A stretch of 56,622 nucleotides of DNA from Smithella sp. (lineage in GTDB: Bacteria; Desulfobacterota; Syntrophia; Syntrophales; Smithellaceae), in NCBI GenBank assembly GCA_012797505.1, contig JAAZOZ010000424.1, positions 1-56,622 on the forward strand. Reading direction: 5' to 3'. Below the pieces are notes generated by a model, which was not told where the DNA came from, did not search any database, and saw only the letters and a program-made list of their open reading frames with translations. Below are positions 46,514 to 56,301 of this stretch, one piece after another. Position 1 is the stretch's first letter; each line of letters begins with the position of its first letter. Both the position numbers and the translations under genes were made by a program.

Positions 46514-47722
46514 TCAGCCCACGACGGATGCCATCTTGAAGATCGGCAGATACATGGCGATAATCATGCCGCCGCAAACGCCTCCCAGAAAAACCATCAT
46601 GATCGGTTCGATCATCGCCGTCATCCCCTTGACCGCCGCATCCACTTCGTCATCATAAAAATCGGCGATTTTGTTGAGCATAATATCCAGCGCGCCGGTG
46701 GCTTCCCCCACCGCTATCATCTGCACCACCATCGGCGGAAACACGCCTGAGGCAGACAGCGGCTCGGCAATGGACTGGCCTTCGCTGATGGCCTGGCGCG
46801 TTTTCACGACGGCCGCCTCGATGACGACATTCCCGGCGGTTTTGCTGACGATATTCAATCCCTCCAGAATCGGCACGCCGGAGCTCATCATCGTGGCCAG
46901 CGTTCGCGTAAATTTGGCGACGGCGACTTTCCTGAGCACATTGCCGATCAGCGGCGCCTTCAGCAGCAGCGCATCAATCGTCCAGTGGCCTTTTTCGGTT
47001 TTATAAAACATTTTCAGGCCGATCACCATCGCGGCAACGATCACCCCGAGCACCCACCAGTAATTCTGCATGAATTCGCTCATCCCCACGACTACCTGCG
47101 TCGGACCGGGAAGCTCGCCGCCCATGTCGGCAAACATCTTCTGAAAGGTGGGAATGACCTTCAAAAGCAGCAGCGTCACCACGCCGGCGGCAATGCACAA
47201 CACGGTAATGGGGTAGGTCATGGCGCTTTTGACGGCTGCCTTGAGTTTCATCGCGTTTTCCAGATACGCGGAAAGGCGCGCCAGAACGACGTCCAGAATG
47301 CCGCCCGCTTCGCCGGCGGCGATCAAGTTGACAAACAGGTCGTCAAATACCTTCGGATGTTTTTTCAGCGCATCCGTCAGAGAAGTGCCCCCTTCGATAT
47401 CCTCCTTGATCGTCCGAAGGATTTTGGCAAACGCCTTGTTTTCTTCCTGGTCGGCCAGGATACTCAGGCACTGAATCAGCGGCAAACCGGCGTCGATCAT
47501 CGTGGAAAAAATCCGGCAGAACACCACCACGTTTTTTTCATCCACGCCTCCCTGAAGAAAGGGAATGTTTTCCAGAAGATCTTTCGGCTTTTGCTTGACC
47601 GCGATGGATTTGAATCCCTGGCGCCTCAACGCCGTGCGGACGGCCGGCTCATCGGGAGCCTCCATTTCGCCTTTTTTGACCTCGCCCTTTTTTGTCGTTC
47701 CTTCCCAAAGGAAAACCGGCAT
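46514..47722 (-). CDS. pilC: Type IV pilus assembly platform protein PilC (GspF family)
   Basis: 402 aa with two GspF repeats (...LPLIQCLSILA... / ...VPILEGLNIVS...), three TM segments and a C-terminal ...MYLPIFKM.... Confidence 0.85.
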   Translation of the reverse strand: MPVFLWEGTTKKGEVKKGEMEAPDEPAVRTALRRQGFKSIAVKQKPKDLLENIPFLQGGVDEKNVVVFCRIFSTMIDAGLPLIQCLSILADQEENKAFAKILRTIKEDIEGGTSLTDALKKHPKVFDDLFVNLIAAGEAGGILDVVLARLSAYLENAMKLKAAVKSAMTYPITVLCIAAGVVTLLLLKVIPTFQKMFADMGGELPGPTQVVVGMSEFMQNYWWVLGVIVAAMVIGLKMFYKTEKGHWTIDALLLKAPLIGNVLRKVAVAKFTRTLATMMSSGVPILEGLNIVSKTAGNVVIEAAVVKTRQAISEGQSIAEPLSASGVFPPMVVQMIAVGEATGALDIMLNKIADFYDDEVDAAVKGMTAMIEPIMMVFLGGVCGGMIIAMYLPIFKMASVVG

Positions 47723-47841
47723 GCGTCAACATCCTTTCTTCTTGATGAGGAATCGTTTTTTTATGACTGCATCATAAACCATCTTCCGTGCAGTTTCAAC
47801 CGGTTAAATTCAGAAATCATCCCTTCCCGCGCCTTCGGCCT

Positions 47842-48630
47842 TCACGGCCGGGGACCGGCCGGCTTCGCCAGCCGCTGAAGCAGCATTTCGTATTGAATGA
47901 TCCCCGCCGCCACAGCAACATTCAAAGAGTCAAAATTCCCCGCCATCGGAATGGAAATAAAAAAATCGCATTTCTTCCGGATCAGCGGCCGCAATCCTCT
48001 GGATTCGCTTCCCAGAACCAGGCCCACCGGCGTGCCAAAATCCTGCTCTCTGAGGTTTTTCCCCCCGCGGGCATCCGCCCCGTAAATCCAGAAGCCTCTG
48101 TTTTTCAAATCATCGATCGTCCGGGACAAATTCGTCACGCGGGCAACCGGCAGGTGCTGAGCGCTGCCGGCCGACGACTTCATGACCGCAGGCGTGACGG
48201 ACGCCGACCGATCGGTCGGAATCACGACGCCGTTGGCGCCCAGACAATAGGCGCTGCGGATCACCGATCCCAGATTTTGCGGATCCAGAATGCCGTCAAG
48301 AATCAAAACGAGATCCTGAGACAGGCGCGGGTTGCGGTTTTTCAGCACGTCTTCCAGATCGGCGTAGGCGAAAGCATCGCACAAACCGGCAATGCCCTGA
48401 TGATCGGCCTGATCCGTCAAACCATCCAGACGCTGGCGGGGCACCCATTCAACGGGGATGTTCTTTTGCCGGGCCGAGGCCAGAATGTCCTGAAGCGGCG
48501 GACCGCTCCGGCCTTCGGCAATCAAAATTTTTTTCAAAGGGGTCGTGTCCCGGGAAAGGAGAACCTTGATGGGGTTGATGCCGTAAACTGCCTCCATGCT
48601 CCGCCTCCCGTGCGTAAGAGATAGGATCAT
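47842..48630 (-). CDS. rlmB: SpoU/TrmH-family 23S rRNA (Gm2251) 2'-O-methyltransferase RlmB-like
   Basis: 262 aa with an N-terminal SpoU_sub_bind-like region, LILDGILDPQNLGSVIRSA and a C-terminal IPMAGNFDSLNVAVAAGI. Its start overlaps the pyrF stop as ATGA. Confidence 0.8.
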   Translation of the reverse strand: MILSLTHGRRSMEAVYGINPIKVLLSRDTTPLKKILIAEGRSGPPLQDILASARQKNIPVEWVPRQRLDGLTDQADHQGIAGLCDAFAYADLEDVLKNRNPRLSQDLVLILDGILDPQNLGSVIRSAYCLGANGVVIPTDRSASVTPAVMKSSAGSAQHLPVARVTNLSRTIDDLKNRGFWIYGADARGGKNLREQDFGTPVGLVLGSESRGLRPLIRKKCDFFISIPMAGNFDSLNVAVAAGIIQYEMLLQRLAKPAGPRP

Positions 48631-49385
48631 GCGCGGTTTCGGGCTTCCAGGCCGTCGGCAATCTCCCGAATGATCCGGCGGCAGGCCTCCAGCGGATCCT
48701 GAGCCTGCCGGATGGGTCTGCCCACCACAATGTAATCGGCGCCTGCCGAAATCGCTTCAAAAGCGCTGAGCGTTCTTTTTTGATCATCCGCCACTTTTTC
48801 ATCGGATGCGCGGATGCCGGGCGTCACAATCAGAAAATCTTCCCCCAGCGTCCGCCTCAACGAAAGGATATCCCTGGGCGAAGCCACCACACCCGACGCT
48901 CCGGCCTCACGGGCCATTTTCGCCAGATGCAGCGCCAGCTCGTCCGCCGTTTTCTCGAAACCGATTTCCGCCAGATCCTGATCGTTCAGACTGGTCAGCA
49001 CCGTCACGGCCAGCACGATGGGACATCCGGCGCCCCGCTTTTCGGCGCAGGCGGCCGCGGCCTGGACGGTTTCCCGGATCATCCTGCTTCCGCCGGAAGC
49101 GTGCACATTGAACATATCCACGTTCAACGCCACAGCGGCTTCACCGGCGCGGGCGACCGTGTTGGGAATATCATGAAACTTGAGATCCAGAAACACCCGT
49201 CCGCCTTTTTGCAAAATGCGCTCCACGATGGCCGGTCCGGCGGATGTAAACAATTCCTTCCCGACTTTGAACAGGCCGACGCTGCCGGAAAGACGGTCCA
49301 CCCAGGACAGCGCCTCTTCAACGCCGGGCGCATCCAGCGCAAAGATCAGCCGGTCCTGGGGCCGGCTACTCGAGGTATTCTTCAT
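48627..49385 (-). CDS. pyrF: Orotidine 5'-phosphate decarboxylase
   Basis: 252 aa with LIFALD, FKVG, FLDLKFHDIPNT and IVVGRPI motifs. Confidence 0.9.
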   Translation of the reverse strand: MKNTSSSRPQDRLIFALDAPGVEEALSWVDRLSGSVGLFKVGKELFTSAGPAIVERILQKGGRVFLDLKFHDIPNTVARAGEAAVALNVDMFNVHASGGSRMIRETVQAAAACAEKRGAGCPIVLAVTVLTSLNDQDLAEIGFEKTADELALHLAKMAREAGASGVVASPRDILSLRRTLGEDFLIVTPGIRASDEKVADDQKRTLSAFEAISAGADYIVVGRPIRQAQDPLEACRRIIREIADGLEARNRA

Positions 49386-49635
49386 CGCCGATGAACTCTG
49401 TGTTGTCCGGTATCGGTTTGAAATCTTCCTGCGTCCCGTTTAAAAATTCCGGATGGGCATAAACGACCTTCCCCTGGGCAATTTCCCGAAGCGCAAGAAC
49501 AATCTCTCGGTTTTTGCTTTCCACCAGGGGCTTGGACCCTTTCAGCAGCTGCCGCGCGCGCTTGGATGCCAGCAACACCAGGCCGAACCGGGTTTTCGCC
49601 ACCTTGAGCGAATCTTCTATGGTAATTCTTGCCAT
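49366..49635 (-). CDS. rpoZ: DNA-directed RNA polymerase omega subunit
   Basis: The ATG at 49635 has a GGAGGTG SD and gives MARITIEDSLKVAKTRFGLVLLASKRARQL.... Confidence 0.88.
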   Translation of the reverse strand: MARITIEDSLKVAKTRFGLVLLASKRARQLLKGSKPLVESKNREIVLALREIAQGKVVYAHPEFLNGTQEDFKPIPDNTEFIGDEEYLE

Positions 49636-49649
49636 GAATCGAGCACCTC

Positions 49650-50273
49650 CTACACCTCTTTTTTTATCGATGAACATAAATGATTAATTGCGCCTAGCAA
49701 ACGGCTCGTTCTGCATTTTTCCGCCCGGTAAATCGCGATCAACTGCCCCACGGCCGTGTCCAGATCTTCGTTCATGACGGCGTAATCATACCACAAAACT
49801 TCTTCAAGTTCACTTGCGGCCTGGGCAAAACGTTTTTGAATCGCCTCCGGAGTTTCGTGCCCCCGCTTTTGCAATCGTTTCAGGAGCTCGTCCAAAGAGG
49901 GGGGCAGCACAAAAACAAAAACGCCCTCCTGAAATTTTTTCTTCATTTCCTTTGCCCCGCGCGGTTCAATGTCGAGCAGCAGATCTTTTCCGCGACGGAG
50001 CAAATCCTGCAGAGCCCGACCGGATGTTCCGTAAAATTCGCCGTAATTTTCCACCCATTCCACAAACTCGCCCCGTTCGATCCGGCGCTGAAAATCTTCA
50101 CGGGAAACAAAATGATAATCTTTTCCGTCGATCTCGTTGGGACGCGGCGGCCGCGACGTAAAGGAAACGGAAAATTCCATGTCCGGACAGGCCGCCAGCA
50201 GCCGGCGACAAATGGTGCTTTTCCCGGACCCGGAGGGAGCGGACACAACGATGCAAAGTCCCTTTTCCGTCAT
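49650..50273 (-). CDS. gmk: Guanylate kinase
   Basis: 207 aa with P-loop SAPSGSGKST, plus TSRPPRPNEIDGKDYHFVS. Confidence 0.93.
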   Translation of the reverse strand: MTEKGLCIVVSAPSGSGKSTICRRLLAACPDMEFSVSFTSRPPRPNEIDGKDYHFVSREDFQRRIERGEFVEWVENYGEFYGTSGRALQDLLRRGKDLLLDIEPRGAKEMKKKFQEGVFVFVLPPSLDELLKRLQKRGHETPEAIQKRFAQAASELEEVLWYDYAVMNEDLDTAVGQLIAIYRAEKCRTSRLLGAINHLCSSIKKEV

Positions 50274-50277
50274 ACGC

Positions 50278-51156
50278 CTACTCGATATTCTGCGCCTGTT
50301 CGCGCAATTTGCCCAGTTCGCTTTTCACTTCGATCACCTGGCGGGAAATATCCACGTCGCTGCTTTTGGAGCCGATCGTATTGATCTCACGGTTCATTTC
50401 CTGAAGAAGAAAGTCGATTTTGCGGCCTTCCGCCTCATCGCTTTCGAGCAGTTCCTCAAACTGACCGATGTGGCTCTGCAAGCGGACAATTTCCTCCGTG
50501 ATGTCGCATCGATCCGCCAGGATGGCCACTTCCTGCGCCAGGCGGGCCGGATCCGGCTCCATTCCCGCCGTCAGCTCCCGGACGCGCTCGGAAAGACGCT
50601 TCTGGTAGTCCAGCACGACCTGCGGCGCCCGCAGGCGAACGGCCTCCAGGATTTCCCGGATGGCCTGAAGCCTGCTTTGCATATCCGAAAACAGGGCAAT
50701 TCCTTCATCCTGCCGCATGTGGACCAGCATCGACAAAGCTTCCTGCAGGGTCTGCTCCACCCGGTTCAAAAAAGCGGCTCCCATCTGCGTTTCCGCGGGC
50801 GGCGTAAAAATATCCCGAAAGCCGATCAGGTTCTGAAGGCTGACGGATTCCCGCAAATCGAATTCATTTTTCAGACGGGTCAGCACATCCACGTAGCCGC
50901 GCGCAATCTCCAGATTCAGATTCACCCTCGAGGATTCGGCGCTCTCGCCTTCCAGGCGGATGGAAACGTCAATGCGGCCGCGCCTGAATTTCTCTCCGAT
51001 TTTCTTTTTGTACTCCATCTCCAACGGATAGAGCGCCGCGGGCGTCCGCAGAGCGATTTCCAGAAACCGGTGATTCACGGATTTGGCTTCCACCACAATG
51101 TTCCGTCCGTCGCAGATAGTCTCCACCCGGCCGTAACCGGTCATGCTTTTAATCAT
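50278..51156 (-). CDS. yicC: YicC-family stress-induced protein (endoribonuclease-like)
   Basis: The ATG at 51156 gives MIKSMTGYGR.... The C-terminus has ...LQEMNREINTIGSKS.... The tracked ORF extends upstream into the DUF4416 gene. Confidence 0.85.
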   Translation of the reverse strand: MIKSMTGYGRVETICDGRNIVVEAKSVNHRFLEIALRTPAALYPLEMEYKKKIGEKFRRGRIDVSIRLEGESAESSRVNLNLEIARGYVDVLTRLKNEFDLRESVSLQNLIGFRDIFTPPAETQMGAAFLNRVEQTLQEALSMLVHMRQDEGIALFSDMQSRLQAIREILEAVRLRAPQVVLDYQKRLSERVRELTAGMEPDPARLAQEVAILADRCDITEEIVRLQSHIGQFEELLESDEAEGRKIDFLLQEMNREINTIGSKSSDVDISRQVIEVKSELGKLREQAQNIE

Positions 51157-51158
51157 TT

Positions 51159-51722
51159 TCAAACCTTTCGTAAGCAAACGGCCTGCGACGTGTGCCCGGC
51201 CATTTTCAGCTGCAACAGATAGCGCGACCGGATCGCCCCGAACATCGTCCACAGCTTCTCGTTTGCATAATCCGGATACGTCCAGGGCAGGGAACAAAAC
51301 TTTTTGGCCTGATACATCAGGGTCAAATCCGCGTAAATCCCGTCCCGCAAATAGGGCCGGTGCGTGTAGCCTTTGCCCGTGGCCAGAATCAGATGAGCCT
51401 GCGACAGGTAGCCGGGATCAATATTCACCTGCCGGCGGCTCCCCAAAAGCGTCTCGTTCTCGATTTCATTCGCGGCCAGTTTAACGTCCGGCAGCGACTC
51501 CGGCCGGATCAACCCCTCCATCGACAGAAAACGCCGGACCAGCGTCTGCCCCATTTCCGGCGCATAATACGCCGTATCGTCAAAAGGAATCTGCGCGCTG
51601 ACATAGTCCGGCTGGCCATATCGGACGGACAACCGGCGGATCGCGTCGTTAATCAAATTTCCCGCCGGCGCAAAAACGCTGAAGATCAGCTTGACCGCCG
51701 CGGCCTGCGTCGGTTTGCTCAT
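51159..51722 (-). CDS. DUF4416-family protein
   Basis: 187 aa with ...YYAPEMG...NIDPGY...LATGKGYTHRPYL.... The family was recognised from memory only. Confidence 0.55.
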   Translation of the reverse strand: MSKPTQAAAVKLIFSVFAPAGNLINDAIRRLSVRYGQPDYVSAQIPFDDTAYYAPEMGQTLVRRFLSMEGLIRPESLPDVKLAANEIENETLLGSRRQVNIDPGYLSQAHLILATGKGYTHRPYLRDGIYADLTLMYQAKKFCSLPWTYPDYANEKLWTMFGAIRSRYLLQLKMAGHTSQAVCLRKV

Positions 51723-52705
51723 AACACGCCGATCAATTCTTCCCGCGACACCGTGGACGTTCCGACTTTGCCCACGACAATGCCCGCCGCGTGGTTGGCC
51801 AGTGCGGTGGCCTCCTTCAGATTCGCCCGCGCGGCCAGGGAAAGCGCGAGAACGCCGATGACCGTATCGCCGGCCCCCGTAACATCATAGACTTCCTTGG
51901 CCTGAGCGGGAAAGTGGGTGTGGCGGATCCCGCGGCCCCGTTCAAAAAGACTCATTCCCTCTTCACCACGCGTTACCAGAAGCGCCTGAAAATCAAATTT
52001 GTTCAGGAGCGTCTCCCCCAGTTTCAGCAGGTCATCCCCGTTGACGATTTCCATGCCGGCGGCGCGCTGCGCCTCATGATGGTTGGGCGTAAGCACATCG
52101 ACGCCCGGATAGATGCCGAAATCGCTCGACTTCGGATCCACGCACAGAAAAATATTGGAACCGGCGGCCATGGCCTTGATGCCTTCCACCAGGTTCCGGG
52201 AAACCACACCCTTGCTGTAATCGGAAATCACAATTGCTCCGATCTGATCGCGCAGGGACCTGGCATAGTCGAGAATATCCGCCGCGCTTTCGTCGGCGAT
52301 CGGCTTGCGGCTCTCGTGATCGAAGCGGACCACCTGCTGTCCGTGAGCCACGATCCTTGTTTTGAGGGTGGTCGGCCTTGCCTTCTCCACCAGAATGCCC
52401 TTCGTGTCAATCCGGCGCTCCTGTAATTGACTGACCAGTCCTCTGCCGATATCGTCTTCACCGATCACGCCGGCCACAAAAACTCTGCCGCCCATCGCAT
52501 AGATCGCATTGAGAACATTGGCGCAGCCGCCCAGCATCACGGAATCCTTCTGAACATCGACCACCGGCACCGGCGCCTCGGGAGATATCCGCGATACCCT
52601 GCCCCAGATGAAATGATCCACCATGACGTCCCCGACGACCAGCACACCGGAGCGCGGATAATTCTTAATGATTTCCAATGCCTTCTTTCTTGCGATTCCT
52701 CTCAT
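51719..52705 (-). CDS. hldA: D-glycero-beta-D-manno-heptose-7-phosphate kinase (RfaE domain I, PfkB family)
   Basis: Contains VLVVGDVMVDHFIWG, ...GGCANV... and C-terminal DVTGAGDTVIG. The start is uncertain: ATG at 52705, or the tracked ORF's GTG at 52771. Confidence 0.8.
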   Translation of the reverse strand: MRGIARKKALEIIKNYPRSGVLVVGDVMVDHFIWGRVSRISPEAPVPVVDVQKDSVMLGGCANVLNAIYAMGGRVFVAGVIGEDDIGRGLVSQLQERRIDTKGILVEKARPTTLKTRIVAHGQQVVRFDHESRKPIADESAADILDYARSLRDQIGAIVISDYSKGVVSRNLVEGIKAMAAGSNIFLCVDPKSSDFGIYPGVDVLTPNHHEAQRAAGMEIVNGDDLLKLGETLLNKFDFQALLVTRGEEGMSLFERGRGIRHTHFPAQAKEVYDVTGAGDTVIGVLALSLAARANLKEATALANHAAGIVVGKVGTSTVSREELIGVL

Positions 52706-53051
52706 CACCTGCCTGCAATGCTCCCCGCCCTGTCGCTCTTCATCGATTTTCCGTAAGGGTACTATCACCACTCATTAAAGAACTTCCTCAGGATGCAACA
52801 CCCTTTGTGAAAAAAGTGACGGAATGCTATTACCGGGAACCGGATTTGTCAATGATTTTCGTCATTAGTTTCTTCAGGACGCGCCGGCTGCCCCGGAGAA
52901 ACTACTTCATTGCGGAATTTCAAGAAATATGCAAGATATTGGAACCTATTCATGGACTGTTGATGGCGGCATTCAAAGACGGGAGGGACCCGCCCCCATC
53001 GGCTGATCCATGCCCGGTCGTAAGAAAACAAAGAAACCGTAAAGGACGTTT

Positions 53052-53471
53052 ATGGCAAAGATAGCGGTCCTCCTGGTGGACGACGAAGAAGATTTCCGCT
53101 TTATTTTCATCCGGCAGATCAAACGATTTTTTCCTGATTCGGAATTTGAGTTTTTTGAAGCCGGAGACGGCGAAAAGGCTCTGGAACTCCTCCGGACAGG
53201 CATCAAACCTTCCATCATTATTCTGGACTACACGATGCCTAAAATGAGCGGAACCGAGCTGCTCAGAACCATAGACCGTGAACATGGCAACCTGCTCCAT
53301 GTTCCCCGCGTCGTGTTGAGCGGATATATCGGAGAGGACGCCATTCGGGAAGTGGAGAGCCTGCGATGCGATTATATTGAAAAGAGCATAAACACGAAAG
53401 TCTTTTATCAGCAGTTCTGCCGGTATCTTACGGAAAAACTGGGGCTTTCCTGCAAACCGACGACCCCGTGA
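53052..53471 (+). CDS. Single-domain response regulator (CheY-like receiver)
   Basis: 139 aa with VLLVDDEED, IIILDYTMPKMSG (phospho-acceptor Asp) and a conserved Lys in DYIEKS. It has no output domain. Confidence 0.8.
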   Translation: MAKIAVLLVDDEEDFRFIFIRQIKRFFPDSEFEFFEAGDGEKALELLRTGIKPSIIILDYTMPKMSGTELLRTIDREHGNLLHVPRVVLSGYIGEDAIREVESLRCDYIEKSINTKVFYQQFCRYLTEKLGLSCKPTTP

Positions 53472-53512
53472 AGAATTGCGCCGTCGAATCCCGTCGTGGA
53501 AAGGACGCCTGA

Positions 53513-54162
53513 ATGCTGAAAAAATACAAATTTATCCTGGCGGACAAGCTTCAGAATATTTTTTATTATCTGATTCGCGCATACAGCCGGACGTTCCGGC
53601 TTCGCGTGGAAAATGAAAAACCCTGGCTCGATCACCTGCGGGGCGGCGGAAGGATACTGCTGTGCTGCTGGCATCAGCAGTTTTTTTCAGCCGTCCGCTA
53701 TTTCAAGAATTATGCCCCCTATCATCCGGCGCTGATGATCAGCCAGAGCAAAGACGGCGATGTCATCGCCCGCATTGCCGAGAAAACCGGCTGGCACACC
53801 GTGCGCGGCTCTTCATCCAAAGACGGGGGGCGGCATTAAAGGAAATGATTTCTCACCTGTCGCGTTACGGTTTTGCCGGTCACATCCTGGACGGGCCACG
53901 AGGGCCGGCGGGAGTGGTCAAAGCCGGCGTGATTCGCCTGGCCCAGGTGAAGGGAATTTTTGTGATTCCCATATACGCTACCGCCGACCGGGCATGGTAT
54001 TTCAAAAGCTGGGATCGCTTTATGCTGCCCAAACCCTTTGCGCGGGTAACCTTAAGGTATGGGGAGATGCTGGATCTCACGTTGAAGGCAGGCGAAGAGG
54101 ATTTTGAACGCCAAAGGGCAAGACTCCAGGAAATTATGTTGCCGGGCCTGCATACTTTTTGA
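53513..54162 (+). pseudogene. DUF374-family (lysophospholipid acyltransferase-like) gene split by a frameshift in a G6 run
   Basis: ORF 53513-53839 ends ...TVRGSSSKDGGRH*. ORF frame -1 continues ...AALKEMISHL...ILDGPRGP...KSWDRFMLPKPF.... Adding one G at 53825-53830 gives a continuous 216-aa DUF374-like protein. Confidence 0.7.
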
Positions 54163-54263
54163 GGAAGCGCCTCCAGCCGGGAAGCGTTTTTTATGATTTT
54201 GAGCCGTCCAGAAAAGCGAAAAAAATCCCGGCGAGTTTTCAACCTTCATCATGAAGGACGCCT

Positions 54264-55634
54264 ATGAAACTCTATCTGATCCTTAAAGCGTTTTTCTCGC
54301 GCCGTCTCACACCGGCAAGAATTTTTGCAATAAGCTTTGTCCTGCTCATTTTGCTGGGCACGCTGGCGTTGTGGTTTCCGTTTGCCGCCAGCCGGCAAAG
54401 CTTGAGCTTTACCGACGCGCTTTTTGCTTCCACGTCGGCAGTCTGCGTCACAGGCCTGGCCACCATTGATATCGGCAAAGACCTCTCGTTCATCGGCCAA
54501 TTGATCACGCTGTTTCTTTTTCAGGTGGGCGGACTGGGCATCATTACTTTTTCTATTGTTCTGTTTGCCCTGATGGGCCGCGGGATTTCCTTCAAAGGGC
54601 GCGAAATCGCTCAATCCGCTTTCATGCACACCCCAAGCCGTGATTTTTATCTGATCATTAAAAGCGTTTTGCGCTACACGCTGATCATTGAAGGAATTGG
54701 AACGGCGCTGCTGTTCATCCGCTTTCTTTTTGATTTTCCGGTCGAAAAGGCTTTGTATCATGCCTTATATAATGCCGTATCCGCCTTCAATAATTGCGGA
54801 TATTCCCTTTTCCCGGACAGCATGACGCGCTATCAGGGTGACATCCTGGTAAACGTCACCATTATGCTCTTAATCATTCTGGGCGGCATCGGATTCATCG
54901 TTCTGCACGAGCTGACGGATAAATTCCGCGGCCGCCGGAAAAGACTTTCCCTGCACACAAAAATCGTCCTCATCACAACGTCCGCCCTGATTCTGATCGG
55001 GGCCGTTTGCATTTTTTTCATGGAGAAGCATAATGTTCTGGTGGGGGTTTCCCTGAAAACAGCCGTGCTGATTTCTTTTTTTCAGTCGGTGGTTGCCCGA
55101 ACGGCGGGCTTCAGTACCGTGGATATCGGCGTCCTGACCAATTCCAGCATTTTGCTTCTCTTATTCCTTATGTTTGTCGGCGCATCGCCCGGCTCAACGG
55201 GCGGCGGCGTCAAAAACACCAGCTTTGCGATCCTGTGCCTGCTGATTGTCAACCGTATGCGGGGAAACGAGAATGTCAATATCGCCAATCGCACGATTCC
55301 GTCCGAGCTGGTGGATCGCACGATATCCATCATTTTTGCATCGGTCATCATTATCGGCGTCATTACCGGCGCACTTCTTTTATTCAGCACCAGCGAAGGC
55401 GCCACACTGGCCAAGCGAACCGAATTTGTTGAATATATTTTTGAAACATTCTCCGCATTCGGCACCGTTGGCCTGTCCATGGGCGTCACTCCCAGACTCA
55501 ACGACATGCAGAAATATATGATTATCCTGATGATGTTCATTGGACGGGTCGGCCCGTTGACGCTGGCCTTCGCCTGGTATTCGCACCGGAAAAAGAGCAT
55601 AACGTATGCGGAGGAAACCATCATGGTCGGATAG
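54264..55634 (+). CDS. TrkH/KtrB-family potassium uptake membrane subunit
   Basis: 456-aa polytopic protein with repeated pore-loop motifs (SAVCVTGL, NCGYSLF, RTAGFSTV, GTVGLSMG). Confidence 0.88.
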   Translation: MKLYLILKAFFSRRLTPARIFAISFVLLILLGTLALWFPFAASRQSLSFTDALFASTSAVCVTGLATIDIGKDLSFIGQLITLFLFQVGGLGIITFSIVLFALMGRGISFKGREIAQSAFMHTPSRDFYLIIKSVLRYTLIIEGIGTALLFIRFLFDFPVEKALYHALYNAVSAFNNCGYSLFPDSMTRYQGDILVNVTIMLLIILGGIGFIVLHELTDKFRGRRKRLSLHTKIVLITTSALILIGAVCIFFMEKHNVLVGVSLKTAVLISFFQSVVARTAGFSTVDIGVLTNSSILLLLFLMFVGASPGSTGGGVKNTSFAILCLLIVNRMRGNENVNIANRTIPSELVDRTISIIFASVIIIGVITGALLLFSTSEGATLAKRTEFVEYIFETFSAFGTVGLSMGVTPRLNDMQKYMIILMMFIGRVGPLTLAFAWYSHRKKSITYAEETIMVG

Positions 55635-55653
55635 TTCCATAAGGAGGAAATCC

Positions 55654-56301
55654 ATGAAAAGAGCGGTTGTTATCGGGTTGGGCATTTTTGGTTATCACCT
55701 TGCGAGAACTTTGTTTGAAAACGGCTTTGAAGTCGTGGCAATTGATAAAAACAAAGATGTCATTCAGAAGATTCGAGATTATTCCACCAAGGCGATTCTG
55801 ACCGACGGTACGGATCAGGAAATCTGGGATGACATTGGCCTTCAGGAGGACGATATCGCGATTATCTCCTTCGGCGAAGACCTGGCTGCCGCAACGCTGA
55901 TTACGCTTCATCTCAAACAGAAGAAAGTAAAAAACATCATTGTGAAAGCGCCCAACGAAGACCATAAGCTGATTCTGGAAAAAGTAGGCGCGACGGATGT
56001 CATCATCCCGGAAATGGACATTGCCAGAAAACTGGCCAAGAGCATGATCTCTCCCAACGTGATGGACTACATTCCCCTGTCCGAGGATTACATGATTTTC
56101 GAGCTGGCTCCGCCCAACAGTTTTCTGGGAAAAACCCTAGCCGAGCTGCAACTGCGCAACCGTTTCAATATTGAAGTCATCGCCGTGCGCGATGTGGTTG
56201 CCGATAAGGTGAACATGGTGCCGCATGCCGGATTCGTCGTGAAAGACGGAGAAGTTCTGGTCGTCATCGGCAAAGAGAAGGACATCAGCAAAATCAAATA
56301 A
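55654..56301 (+). CDS. TrkA/KtrA-family K+ uptake regulatory subunit (RCK, NAD-binding)
   Basis: The ATG at 55654 follows AAGGAGGAAA. The Rossmann motif is VIGLGIFGYHLA, with a C-terminal RCK_C region (...LAELQLRNRFNIEVIAVRD...). Confidence 0.88.
   Translation: MKRAVVIGLGIFGYHLARTLFENGFEVVAIDKNKDVIQKIRDYSTKAILTDGTDQEIWDDIGLQEDDIAIISFGEDLAAATLITLHLKQKKVKNIIVKAPNEDHKLILEKVGATDVIIPEMDIARKLAKSMISPNVMDYIPLSEDYMIFELAPPNSFLGKTLAELQLRNRFNIEVIAVRDVVADKVNMVPHAGFVVKDGEVLVVIGKEKDISKIK

Noticed and set aside
54163-54263. A possible c-di-AMP (ydaO/kimA-type) riboswitch upstream of the Trk/Ktr K+ uptake genes.
   Set aside because: The intergenic region is only about 100 nt and shows a direct (not inverted) GGAAGCG repeat. 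There is no pseudo-two-fold ACGR-motif architecture visible.
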